Shown here: piece by piece, positions 15,348-23,443 of the stretch
Numbering within the stretch: the first letter of the stretch is position 1
Layout: each line of letters opens with the position of its first letter
IMG/VR virus record: IMGVR_UViG_3300028048_000007
Location: 1-60,539 of that record
From: a virus
Direction: 5' to 3' (one strand)
DNA: 60,539 bases
Notes under the pieces: model-generated
The model's database searches: none
Told to the model about the DNA's origin: nothing
The model's input: the letters and a program-made list of their open reading frames with translations, nothing else
Made by a program: the position numbers and the translations under genes

Positions 15348-15400
15348 AGTAGTAGGAGGAATTTTGAGTAGTGGGAGTTTTTAGTAGTAAGAGGATTTTA
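15348..15400. repeat. Tandem array of 3 repeats of the same AGTAGTAGGAGGAATTTT family as 9754-9894
   Basis: AGTAGTAGGAGGAATTTTG / AGTAGTGGGAGTTTTT / AGTAGTAAGAGGATTTTA. Confidence 0.85.
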
Positions 15401-15420
15401 AACCATATAAATAAAACAAT

Positions 15421-15505
15421 GGGGAGATAGCCTTATTATTACCGATAAACGGTTACAAGGACTTACGCTCTCCCCAGATGAGGAAGGTGGGGTAAGTCAC
15501 CTTCC
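15421..15505 (-). terminator. Two consecutive hairpins after 15505..15846: GGAAGGTG-n8-CACCTTCC (15482-15505, includes the TAG stop) and GGGGAGA..TCTCCCC (15421-15475), then a T-rich run
   Basis: Read by eye; ATTGTTTTATTT follows the second stem on the coding strand. Confidence 0.65.
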
Positions 15506-15846
15506 TAAATCCCTATTTTATTTTCCAAATCATACAGGTAAATAATTGCTTGCTGAAAATCTTCTTTTCTTATCTCAATTGCTCCTGTATCATCGTTCTT
15601 ATGTGTAAATCTTCTCTTTGGTGTTACAATCTTACTCTTCTCTTTGATTATCTCATCTATAAAGTTATCTGCCACCTTATAAATAATAAATGCAACCAAA
15701 AATGCTAAACACTTAAGAACATCATCTATATCGGTAAAAAGTAATGTTGCTATAACTCCCAGAACAAACAATAAGTTGATTGCAACAATTACTGTTTTAA
15801 TTGAAAGAAGCTTTGCAAACTTTCTTTTTAATATTTTTGCTATCAT
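15505..15846 (-). CDS. Hypothetical membrane protein (113 aa, two TM); stop codon TAG
   Basis: ORF track; hydrophobic segments VIVAINLLFVLGVIATLLF and LAFLVAFIIY. Confidence 0.65.
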   Translation of the reverse strand: MIAKILKRKFAKLLSIKTVIVAINLLFVLGVIATLLFTDIDDVLKCLAFLVAFIIYKVADNFIDEIIKEKSKIVTPKRRFTHKNDDTGAIEIRKEDFQQAIIYLYDLENKIGI

Positions 15847-16040
15847 TTAAAATCACCAATCGCTTTCTTATAAGCATCAATTAATGTTTTGTATATCTCA
15901 ATCTCTTTCTTTAACAAACTAACCTGTTCCTTTAAAGCATCAATTATCTCTTTCTGGTGTGAAATTATCTGCTCATCAATCTCATTAATGTTTGTAACAA
16001 TCTTCAACTGGTTTTCAACTTCTTTAAGTTTACCCATCAT
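15843..16040 (-). CDS. Hypothetical coiled-coil protein (65 aa)
   Basis: ORF track 15843..16112 starts at a TTG. The ATG ATG at 16035-16040 behind AAGGGAGAA is the better start. Confidence 0.55.
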   Translation of the reverse strand: MMGKLKEVENQLKIVTNINEIDEQIISHQKEIIDALKEQVSLLKKEIEIYKTLIDAYKKAIGDFK

Positions 16041-16055
16041 TTCTCCCTTATATAA

Positions 16056-16155
16056 AGCCGCTTCTTTCAAGGTTGCACGACCTTTGAGGTCTGTAAGTAT
16101 AAACACGTTCAAATCTATAAAATTATAAGTTAATAGTTACACGAAAGAAGCGGCT
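16056..16155. repeat. Perfect 13-bp inverted repeat AGCCGCTTCTTTC / GAAAGAAGCGGCT spanning the whole intergenic spacer (74-nt loop)
   Basis: Arms 16056-16068 and 16143-16155 are exact reverse complements. Confidence 0.85.
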
Positions 16156-16160
16156 TGTTA

Positions 16161-16604
16161 TTACTCATCTTCTTTTTCAAACTCTTTTCTTAATCCGTCT
16201 GCAAGACCTTTTAAATCGTGTTCCATTTTATTCTTAAACACATTCATCTTGCACTCATTACAATTGCAATCTCCTGCCATGTAGAATATTGTATGTAACT
16301 GTTTGCAATTCTTACAATGTTCATCAATTGCATCTTTTAAACTTCTTACGCAATACAAGGAAACTGTAAATACCGTTCTTGTCTGCTTCGCTTTTATTAC
16401 CTTGCCTGTTTTCTTCTGTCTGACAAGTTTTTCTATCTCTTTTGTACTTTTGTTGACCTGTACCGATATGTTTTTAGAATAAGAAGGACTATTATAAACA
16501 TGGGTTGCTAACCACTTAACGGCTTCCATAAAAACTTCTTTGGAAACATCTCCCTCAAACTCTTTATCGAGTATCTTTATGCTATAATTTTCTAAATCTG
16601 TCAT
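16161..16604 (-). CDS. Hypothetical protein with a C-terminal Cys cluster (147 aa)
   Basis: ORF track; ..HCKNCKQLHTIFYMAGDCNCNECK.. Confidence 0.65.
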   Translation of the reverse strand: MTDLENYSIKILDKEFEGDVSKEVFMEAVKWLATHVYNSPSYSKNISVQVNKSTKEIEKLVRQKKTGKVIKAKQTRTVFTVSLYCVRSLKDAIDEHCKNCKQLHTIFYMAGDCNCNECKMNVFKNKMEHDLKGLADGLRKEFEKEDE

Positions 16605-16606
16605 AT

Positions 16607-17098
16607 CTACTCCTTACCCACGATTCTGTTAACGGCTGATTTAGCCAAGCCATCAACCAATTCATTAAGTGCTACACCGTCATGTCCTTTTACTTTTATT
16701 AACTCTACTTTTACACCCTCACTTTTAAACTTGTTTAATTTACTGATTAACTTCAACCACAAATCTTTATTCTTAACGGCTTCTCCCTTTGAACTAATAA
16801 AACCGTTCCTTTTCCAGAAATACAACCAATTTTGATTTACAGAATTTATAACATAACTGCTATCACTATACACTTCAACTTTGTCAATCTTGTATTCCTG
16901 TTCTGATTTATTTTTGGTGTACCACGACAACGCTTTCAATACTGCTGTGAGTTCCATACGGTTATTAGTTGTTGCCTTTTCTCCACCAGATATTTTTATC
17001 TGCTTTTTCGGTAAACAAACAACTACTCCCCATCCTCCAACTGCATCTTCTTTACCATTACCGCTACACGCTCCATCGGTATAAAATCTTAATACCAT
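16607..17098 (-). CDS. rnhA: Ribonuclease HI
   Basis: YTDGACSGNG.., ..NNRMELTAVLKAL.., ..VYSDSSYV.., ..KVKGHDGVALNELVDGLAK: the D-E-D-D(H) RNase H pattern. Confidence 0.85.
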   Translation of the reverse strand: MVLRFYTDGACSGNGKEDAVGGWGVVVCLPKKQIKISGGEKATTNNRMELTAVLKALSWYTKNKSEQEYKIDKVEVYSDSSYVINSVNQNWLYFWKRNGFISSKGEAVKNKDLWLKLISKLNKFKSEGVKVELIKVKGHDGVALNELVDGLAKSAVNRIVGKE

Positions 17099-17517
17099 TA
17101 ATTATAACCCTCTCTTTCCTTTAACTTCTCTGCTCTACGCCTTTTCTGACCTTCCCAATCTGCTAAAGGAAATTCTTTACCGCTTTTTGTTAAAGCGTAA
17201 TATAAGATTGATATTTTAACAAACACTTCGTAAATGGTTTTACCGTAAATAAAGGTAAGGTATTCATTTGAAGCGGTATTTCTTACTGTCACTGAATATA
17301 CATTGGGTTCTTTCGGTACAGCAACCAAAACAATGTTGTCTGTCTGTAATGCGTACTTTCGTTGTACTAAACCAACGTACTTTTCAAGACTCTCTAATTG
17401 AATTTCTTCGTTGACAGGAATTTCTCTAAAAGGTTTAATACCTCTTAATTTCTTCTGCATAATATCTTTGTGCTGTGGATTAGAATAATCCATATTAAGT
17501 ATCTCTTTGACTTTCAT
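17098..17517 (-). CDS. Hypothetical protein (139 aa)
   Basis: ORF track; ATGA-type coupling to the neighbouring gene. Confidence 0.65.
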   Translation of the reverse strand: MKVKEILNMDYSNPQHKDIMQKKLRGIKPFREIPVNEEIQLESLEKYVGLVQRKYALQTDNIVLVAVPKEPNVYSVTVRNTASNEYLTFIYGKTIYEVFVKISILYYALTKSGKEFPLADWEGQKRRRAEKLKEREGYN

Positions 17518-17758
17518 TACCCTTTTCCTTTTTTGAGATTTGTATAAGTAAATCGGTTATTAGGTTATCAATAACAATCGGTAAAAACTCATCTCCTACT
17601 TTTAACTGTGACATGGTTAGTTCTTTCCTGTTATGAAACCCAATTCCTATTTTATTGTATTTCGAAGCCGTTATATACATTTGTCCACCAAACGGCTTAT
17701 TAATTGTTAATTCAATATCTTCTTCATACATGCGTTCAAGCAGTGTTTTATTTGCCAT
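17495..17758 (-). CDS. Hypothetical protein (87 aa)
   Basis: ORF track. Confidence 0.6.
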   Translation of the reverse strand: MANKTLLERMYEEDIELTINKPFGGQMYITASKYNKIGIGFHNRKELTMSQLKVGDEFLPIVIDNLITDLLIQISKKEKGNESQRDT

Positions 17759-17761
17759 ATA

Positions 17762-18022
17762 TCACTCCTTTATAAGAAATACTCTATCCCCTCTAATCGT
17801 TACAGCAATGGCTGTGATATCGTGGGTGTTTAAATATCTCTGAAAACCTCTTCTAAAGTTATTTGAATTATCCCAGAGGTTCTCATCATCAATTACTTCA
17901 ACGCTGTTTGCTGTGGACTTCATAAAGTTGTCAACAACCTTTTCAATCCCTTTTCCTTTTTTACGGTCATAACCTTTTTGTTTAAGAGGAATATCCTCCG
18001 TTTTTATTCTTTTTGTTATCAT
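17762..18022 (-). CDS. Hypothetical protein (86 aa)
   Basis: ORF track. Confidence 0.6.
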   Translation of the reverse strand: MITKRIKTEDIPLKQKGYDRKKGKGIEKVVDNFMKSTANSVEVIDDENLWDNSNNFRRGFQRYLNTHDITAIAVTIRGDRVFLIKE

Positions 18023-18043
18023 GTTTTCTTACCCTTTTTAACA

Positions 18044-18080
18044 AACAAGGCTACCCATCGTTACAACAGATAGCCTTGTT
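18044..18080 (-). terminator. Hairpin AACAAGGCTA-n17-TAGCCTTGTT after 18124..18807
   Basis: Perfect 10-bp stem; only a weak T-run follows on the coding strand. Confidence 0.4.
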
Positions 18081-18123
18081 AACTTTAACTAATTGGTAGG
18101 TTCATATATTGACTAAACTCTAA

Positions 18124-18807
18124 TCAAATATCCCACTCATCATCGTCATCATCAGCCTTTGACTTCTTTGCTGACTTTGCAGACTTGGTTGCCTTTGCGG
18201 TCTTTGCTGACTTCTTGGTAGGCTTCTCTTCTACCTCTTCCTCTTCGTCATCCCAATCCTCATCTGCATCCTCATCAGAAGCATTTGCTTCATCATCAGC
18301 CTTAAGTGCCTTAATGTAAACAGAAGCTTTCTGCTTGGGTTCTACCTTAAGCTTTCTCTTCTTGCACTCCTTGAAGAGTTCAACAGCGTTCATGGAAGAA
18401 TAATCAATCTCTTCGACTTCCTCTTCCTCAACAACCTCATCATCCTCTTCTACTTCCTCGTCATCCTCATCCTCTTCGGGTTCGGGGTCTGCTTTCTTTC
18501 CCTTCTTGGAAGGCTTCTCTGCCTTTGCTGACTTCTTATCAGACTTCTTGTTGTCCTTAACAGGTGCTTCTTCCTCAACCTCATCCTCATCGACAGGCTG
18601 TACACCCTCCTTAAGTACCATCTCAACGGTTCTGGTGGTTACTCTGTCGGGAAGTGCGTTCATAAACGCATCAAGACCCTCATTGTGTCCTGCCTGTGCA
18701 AGTGCTGTGGTTACAAGGGGAAATCTCTTTCCAAAGTCTGCGATTGCATCCTTATCACCTGCCTTAATTGCTTCATACGCTTCTCTGATAGTCCAAGTCT
18801 TTGCCAT
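18124..18807 (-). CDS. Hypothetical protein: globular N-terminal domain, Lys/Glu/Asp low-complexity regions, one HeH/SAP-like motif, acidic tail ..DDDDDEWDI
   Basis: 227 aa. IDYSSMNAVELFKECKKRKLKVEPKQKASVYIKALK matches the motif repeated in 35914..36909. First gene behind the 18930-18957 promoter. Confidence 0.7.
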   Translation of the reverse strand: MAKTWTIREAYEAIKAGDKDAIADFGKRFPLVTTALAQAGHNEGLDAFMNALPDRVTTRTVEMVLKEGVQPVDEDEVEEEAPVKDNKKSDKKSAKAEKPSKKGKKADPEPEEDEDDEEVEEDDEVVEEEEVEEIDYSSMNAVELFKECKKRKLKVEPKQKASVYIKALKADDEANASDEDADEDWDDEEEEVEEKPTKKSAKTAKATKSAKSAKKSKADDDDDEWDI

Positions 18808-18929
18808 TTGTTTTTTCCTCCATTATTTTATTGTTTTTAAACTGTGGCTTTTTTAACTATGATAAACACATTCATTGTGTTATATCCTTTTTCAATTCGT
18901 TTACAATCATGTTTGTTTGTTATGAGTTC

Positions 18930-18957
18930 ATTATACTACTTTTAAAACTCTTGTCAA
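18930..18957 (-). promoter_or_regulatory. Sigma-A-type promoter (-35 TTGACA, 16 nt, -10 TATAAT)
   Basis: Reverse complement reads TTGACAagagttttaaaagtagTATAAT, preceded by AAAAATATTTTTACC. Confidence 0.7.
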
Positions 18958-18978
18958 TACTTTTGGTAAAAATATTTT

Positions 18979-19221
18979 TTATTTATTTTCTATCCTACTT
19001 ATTGCCAGATTAAGTGCATCTCTTACATTAATCAGTTCGTCTACACCTTTAACGTATATTGCTCCTTTAAGGAATACACCAAGGGTTTTCTTACCGTCCT
19101 GCACTAAAATTCTCTGACCGATAGTATAACCACCTTTTGTTCTTTCAGAAATAACAAGTTCTTTTGAGGTGTTAACCTCTGCACTTGCTAATTCATTAAA
19201 TGAATTATCACTCATCGTCAT
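18979..19221 (-). CDS. Hypothetical protein (80 aa)
   Basis: ORF track 18979..19236; start moved to MTMSDNSF behind GGAGATTGGGG. Confidence 0.6.
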   Translation of the reverse strand: MTMSDNSFNELASAEVNTSKELVISERTKGGYTIGQRILVQDGKKTLGVFLKGAIYVKGVDELINVRDALNLAISRIENK

Positions 19222-19669
19222 CACCCCAATCTCCATTAGTTACTTCATCCCAATCTTCATCAGAAATTTCTTCATCATCATCTTCATTGTTATCATCAAC
19301 ATCTTCATCTTCGTCTGCTTCGTCATCTTCCAAATCAACTTCTGCAAACATATTTATAACAAACTCACCCTCTTTTCCAACAAGTGAATTTATCACATCC
19401 ATTTCAGCGGCTTCTGCAAGTGTTTCAAACTTAAGTATGCTTTCACCATCATCGGAAATGTTTACGTTCTTTACTCTAAACATTCCAAGTGACTCTTCAC
19501 TCTTACCCTTTACAACTGAAATTTTCACATCGTTGTTAAGCAACTGTAAAACCTGTATCGTTTTAACAAGTTCAGAATACATTGCTTTTAGGTTGAGTAA
19601 AACAATACCATTTGCTTTAACATTGTGTCCGTTGTAACCTACAACTTCTCTGATTTTAATTTTCTTCAT
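19208..19669 (-). CDS. Hypothetical protein with an extremely acidic C-terminal third (..DEDWDEVTNGDWGDDDE)
   Basis: ORF track; 153 aa. Confidence 0.65.
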   Translation of the reverse strand: MKKIKIREVVGYNGHNVKANGIVLLNLKAMYSELVKTIQVLQLLNNDVKISVVKGKSEESLGMFRVKNVNISDDGESILKFETLAEAAEMDVINSLVGKEGEFVINMFAEVDLEDDEADEDEDVDDNNEDDDEEISDEDWDEVTNGDWGDDDE

Positions 19670-19683
19670 TTTGTCTTTCTCCT

Positions 19684-20148
19684 TTATAGTGCCGATTTTG
19701 TTTTATCGTACTTTTTATTTTGTTCTGCTCTGAATTGCTCTCTTGCATTTGCACTTGAAGCAATTACTTTCTTTGGTTTCGGAACAGGTATATCTTCAAG
19801 TTCGATACATTGAGGTTTTTCACACTCACCTGTTTCAATGTATTTGGCAACCTCTGTAAAATCTTCGGGTTTTGCCATAAGCCATACTTCACCTGTATTT
19901 AAAAACTGAATTGCAAATATCGGTATTTTATGACTTACATTTGCATTGCTTTCCAAAATCCTTATATCTTTTTGTTTAACACTAATACTTTGGTTGTCGG
20001 TTGATTTAAGTTGACAGATAATGTAATCATTTTGTCCATCTTCTTTTTCTATCCAACCTGCTCCAGAGTTCTTTGTTGGTTTCAACCCTAAAGCTTTCAT
20101 AACCTCTTCTTCGTTTTTACGATAAAATTTCGTGCTTCTCTTTGGCAT
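19684..20148 (-). CDS. Putative PD-(D/E)XK endonuclease
   Basis: ..SGAGWIEKEDGQNDYIICQLKST.. gives an E/D .. (Q)xK arrangement typical of the fold (motif-level only). Confidence 0.4.
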   Translation of the reverse strand: MPKRSTKFYRKNEEEVMKALGLKPTKNSGAGWIEKEDGQNDYIICQLKSTDNQSISVKQKDIRILESNANVSHKIPIFAIQFLNTGEVWLMAKPEDFTEVAKYIETGECEKPQCIELEDIPVPKPKKVIASSANAREQFRAEQNKKYDKTKSAL

Positions 20149-20197
20149 AATCTTTTATCCTTTTTACATGATTGAATAGCATTTGCTCAAATCGTTT

Positions 20198-20452
20198 TTA
20201 CTGTTTTTGTTCTTTTAACATTTTATTGCGTGTAATTCTTGCCATATCTTCTTTGCTTTTTACTTTATTCTGAAAAGCAATTTCTGCTGATAATGTTTTA
20301 TGAAACAACTTATCAACACAATCATAACAAATGTGTTTTACTTCACCAAAAATCATTATGTCATACATTGTTGGGGTATTTTTATATTTCATACCACAAT
20401 TAGAACATACTGTTTCTGGTTTGTAATTCACTCTCATTTTAATTTCGCTCAT
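20198..20452 (-). CDS. Zinc-ribbon protein (84 aa)
   Basis: CSNC .. CYDC pairs. Confidence 0.6.
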   Translation of the reverse strand: MSEIKMRVNYKPETVCSNCGMKYKNTPTMYDIMIFGEVKHICYDCVDKLFHKTLSAEIAFQNKVKSKEDMARITRNKMLKEQKQ

Positions 20453-20460
20453 TTGTTTTC

Positions 20461-20802
20461 TTACCCTTTCTTTTGTTTGTAAAGTCTTAAAACATATTGT
20501 GCAATGTGTGTTAAATAAACTTTATCATGTTCTTTCAAACGACCATACAAATCAAATCCTGTTGTTCCGTCAAAATCTTTCATACAGTAATAATATTCTG
20601 ACCTGTGCAAATCCTTTTTGTTTTCCTTTTGAAGTTTAACAAGTTGTTTTGCTTCTTCATCAAATTGTTTATCGGGAATTATTGATTCATCCATGTTGTA
20701 ATAAATTATACTACACAGAATTATTTTTCGTTGTAGGTAATTTATTTTCTCAATGTCTGAAAAATAAATCCAAGGACAACCTTCAAACTTTACCATTGTC
20801 AC
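20461..20802 (-). CDS. Hypothetical protein (113 aa) with a segment resembling the NAD-ligase Ia-domain signature
   Basis: ..IIYYNMDESIIPDKQFDEEAKQLVKLQKE.. versus the LigA pattern YY..D.P.IsD.EYD.L...L..lE (weak, from memory). Confidence 0.6.
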   Translation of the reverse strand: MTMVKFEGCPWIYFSDIEKINYLQRKIILCSIIYYNMDESIIPDKQFDEEAKQLVKLQKENKKDLHRSEYYYCMKDFDGTTGFDLYGRLKEHDKVYLTHIAQYVLRLYKQKKG

Positions 20803-20886
20803 CTCCTACAATTTATTTCATTCAAGAAATTTACATATTGTTTTGTACAACATATTTGATTGTATGTGTTTGTTTAACACTCTTAT

Positions 20887-20915
20887 ATTATATAATATAT
20901 TATACATATAGTCAA
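20887..20915 (-). promoter_or_regulatory. Sigma-A-type promoter (-35 TTGACT, 17 nt, -10 TATAAT)
   Basis: Reverse complement reads TTGACTatatgtataatatattaTATAAT. Confidence 0.6.
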
Positions 20916-20975
20916 TATAAATTTCTTTTCTTTGGTACTTTCTTTTCTTTTGTGAACATGCTTCACTTTATGTGA

Positions 20976-21038
20976 GTGCAATTCAAATATATTTTACGTA
21001 AAATTATTTAACACACATAGAATTGTTTTGAATTGCAC
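20976..21038. repeat. 12-bp inverted repeat GTGCAATTCAAA / TTTGAATTGCAC (39-nt spacer) upstream of the 20887-20915 promoter
   Basis: Arms 20976-20987 and 21027-21038 are exact reverse complements. Confidence 0.8.
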
Positions 21039-21044
21039 CCATTT

Positions 21045-21224
21045 TTATTTACAATCATCCAGAATATCTTTAGTAATTAAAGGTTCTCTATTTCTATCTA
21101 CAGGTTCTTCTTTTGTGTACAGTGTATCAAGTGCTTCTGTTAACATCCATTCTTTATCCTTATCTCCATTACACTGTTCTGAAATAAAACCCAATAACGT
21201 TAAATATGATTGATACTTATTCAT
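21045..21224 (-). CDS. Small hypothetical protein (59 aa)
   Basis: Hand translation MNKYQSYLTLLGFISEQCNG..; ATG 21222-21224 behind AAGGAGG. Confidence 0.5.
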   Translation of the reverse strand: MNKYQSYLTLLGFISEQCNGDKDKEWMLTEALDTLYTKEEPVDRNREPLITKDILDDCK

Positions 21225-21254
21225 GCTTACCTCCTTTTGTACACTTCAACAAAT

Positions 21255-21680
21255 TTACATTTCGACACTATCCCCTTGGTCGTTTGCTTTATCATCTCTC
21301 ATATCTGCACCACAATGAGAACAAAAATTATCATACTCTTTAAGCGTATGTCCACAAGTTAAGCATTGGTATATTTTGCAATTCATACCTGCATCATGAT
21401 ACAAATACTCTCGTTTTCCTTTATTGTATAACTTACTCAAAGCAGTTGTTGCCCTCTCATATCTACGCAGATATTTAACGTATTCATGTTCAAATTCCAT
21501 CAACCAATGCTTAATTAACTTTATAGGGTGTCTATCGCTACAAGCAAGATTAGGACTTTCAATTAAAAACGTAAAAATGTATTCTTTACTTAAGACTAAA
21601 TAGAATTTGAAATACGGTTCAGCTTCGCTACCCTCTATCATCATCTTCTTTTTTACCGAAAAAAGTTTAATTTTCTTCAT
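21255..21680 (-). CDS. Hypothetical protein with a C-terminal zinc ribbon (141 aa)
   Basis: ..CLTCGHTLKEYDNFCSHCG.. Confidence 0.65.
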   Translation of the reverse strand: MKKIKLFSVKKKMMIEGSEAEPYFKFYLVLSKEYIFTFLIESPNLACSDRHPIKLIKHWLMEFEHEYVKYLRRYERATTALSKLYNKGKREYLYHDAGMNCKIYQCLTCGHTLKEYDNFCSHCGADMRDDKANDQGDSVEM

Positions 21681-21856
21681 ATATTTTTACCCTTATATTC
21701 TCTCTGCCACCATTCTTCGGTGAAATAAAGTTGATATTCAAAACTTCCTCTACATTTCTTATTATCGGGTTTTTCAATTACAACAATATTTTCCTCATAA
21801 TTAACTTCAAACTCGCTTATTCCAAGTGCTTTCATAATTGCATCACCGTTTCTCAT
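21677..21856 (-). CDS. Small hypothetical protein (59 aa)
   Basis: Hand translation MRNGDAIMKALGISEFEV..; ATGA overlap with 21255..21680. Confidence 0.45.
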   Translation of the reverse strand: MRNGDAIMKALGISEFEVNYEENIVVIEKPDNKKCRGSFEYQLYFTEEWWQREYKGKNI

Positions 21857-21860
21857 TTAC

Positions 21861-21956
21861 TCACCCCTTTGGTGTTCTATCAATATACACAGTAAATACA
21901 ACTCCTGCAACAAACCCTATTAATGTTCCAGAAAGCAACCCCATGTAAAACATCAT
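21861..21956 (-). CDS. Possible single-TM micropeptide (31 aa)
   Basis: MMFYMGLLSGTLIGFVAGVVFTVYIDRTPKG behind GGAGGG. Confidence 0.35.
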   Translation of the reverse strand: MMFYMGLLSGTLIGFVAGVVFTVYIDRTPKG

Positions 21957-21957
21957 A

Positions 21958-22131
21958 TCACCCTCCATTTTCTTTAACAGGTTCTTTATACGGATGTGCT
22001 TCGTTTAAATCACTTTCTCTTACTAATACCCTTATACCACTCTTAAACTCAATGACAGGATTACCACTTGCAGATATAGTTATAACTTTTGCATTAAGTG
22101 AAACCTCTTCACCTATATGTACATTAGACAT
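21958..22131 (-). CDS. Small hypothetical protein (57 aa)
   Basis: Hand translation MSNVHIGEEVSLNAKVITISASG..; abuts its neighbours. Confidence 0.45.
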   Translation of the reverse strand: MSNVHIGEEVSLNAKVITISASGNPVIEFKSGIRVLVRESDLNEAHPYKEPVKENGG

Positions 22132-22236
22132 TTATTTACCCTTTCCATACTTTCTTACAGTTCTTATCAAATTACATATGCTTACAACAAAAGAAGCAAT
22201 AGCTAACGATAACGCAATTCCATTTAATACATTCAT
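22132..22236 (-). CDS. Possible single-TM micropeptide (34 aa)
   Basis: MNVLNGIALSLAIASFVVSICNLIRTVRKYGKGK; ATGA overlap with the upstream gene. Confidence 0.35.
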   Translation of the reverse strand: MNVLNGIALSLAIASFVVSICNLIRTVRKYGKGK

Positions 22237-22574
22237 TTAGCGTTCCTCTTTTCCATATATGATGCGTTCCAAAATTCGGGGTCAAGAATAATTTCTTCTT
22301 CCCCATCAATTTTCATATAATATTCCACCACTTGTCCTTCTTCTGTTTCTGAACTTCCTACAAATGAATTAGGAAAAGCAATTTGTAACATATCACCAAC
22401 AGTTTTTGCACCAGAAATATCTATTACATCACAAGTATCATTTTGTTCTGTATCTGCATCAGAAGATATTGTTATTTTGTTATAAAGCACTCCTGCCATA
22501 TTTACATTAAGTACACCAATATAGTCAAGTTTTTGCAACTGTTCATCCGTAACTTCAAGCGTAACTTTTGTCAT
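22233..22574 (-). CDS. Hypothetical protein (113 aa)
   Basis: ORF track. Confidence 0.65.
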   Translation of the reverse strand: MTKVTLEVTDEQLQKLDYIGVLNVNMAGVLYNKITISSDADTEQNDTCDVIDISGAKTVGDMLQIAFPNSFVGSSETEEGQVVEYYMKIDGEEEIILDPEFWNASYMEKRNAK

Positions 22575-22828
22575 TTATTTATCCCCATAACTTCATCCAA
22601 AGCTTTCTTAATTGCTCCATCATTTATTTCTATTGTAGTATTGCCCTGTAAATAAGAAACAACATTTGATAATGTCTTTCCTACTCCATCAACAATACAT
22701 ACAGGAACACCATTTACACATACAACTGTCTTTGAGGTTGAATTGTACTGCTTAACTCTATGAGTAGTTACAGTAAACGCATCTCTTACGTTAACCGACT
22801 CTTCTTTCTTTTTGCTGAAAAATCCCAT
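22571..22828 (-). CDS. Hypothetical protein (85 aa)
   Basis: ORF track; 4-nt overlap coupling. Confidence 0.6.
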   Translation of the reverse strand: MGFFSKKKEESVNVRDAFTVTTHRVKQYNSTSKTVVCVNGVPVCIVDGVGKTLSNVVSYLQGNTTIEINDGAIKKALDEVMGINK

Positions 22829-22831
22829 TTC

Positions 22832-23443
22832 TTAATTCTCCTTTTCAAGTTTTTGTCTTTTAGCAGGTAAGAAACCATAAAAAGAAATTGCTATACTATC
22901 TGACTTATCATCATCGTACATATAGCGTTCTCCTTTTTTATTTGTTATCACACCTTTTTTCTTTTTACCAACATCATAGTTGATAATATCTTTCTTTCTA
23001 CCGTTTTTAACATTCCAAAGTATTGTAGGATATTTCTCTGGTGGTAAACCATATTTATTTTCCATTGGTTTGCTTGTACCAACAATAGCAGACTTCCATG
23101 CTCTTGTATCAACAGAATAAGTTTCTATCCCATTGTTATACATTACATCAACTATTAAAGCATTTAATGCTCCAATTCCTTTAATGTAATTTATATTCAA
23201 GAAACCTTGGCTCTTTAATCTTATACGTTCTATGATACAAACAACCTCTGCTTTTGGATATGCAATCTTAATAACACTTATAAGATTAAAAAGCGTCTTT
23301 CTTACAACACTTCTTTTAATAGAATTATTTTCGTAACAATCGGTGTATATGTTTCTTACTTTTAATTTCTCACCGTTGTTTATGTTTACAGTTACGCCAG
23401 TATTTTTATACGATTGGTCTATACCGATTACAATTTTATTCAT
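22832..23443 (-). CDS. RuvC-fold Holliday junction resolvase-like protein
   Basis: N-terminal IVIGIDQSYKNTG, then ..VVCIIERIR.., spaced as the RuvC catalytic acidic residues are (motif-level). Confidence 0.55.
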   Translation of the reverse strand: MNKIVIGIDQSYKNTGVTVNINNGEKLKVRNIYTDCYENNSIKRSVVRKTLFNLISVIKIAYPKAEVVCIIERIRLKSQGFLNINYIKGIGALNALIVDVMYNNGIETYSVDTRAWKSAIVGTSKPMENKYGLPPEKYPTILWNVKNGRKKDIINYDVGKKKKGVITNKKGERYMYDDDKSDSIAISFYGFLPAKRQKLEKEN

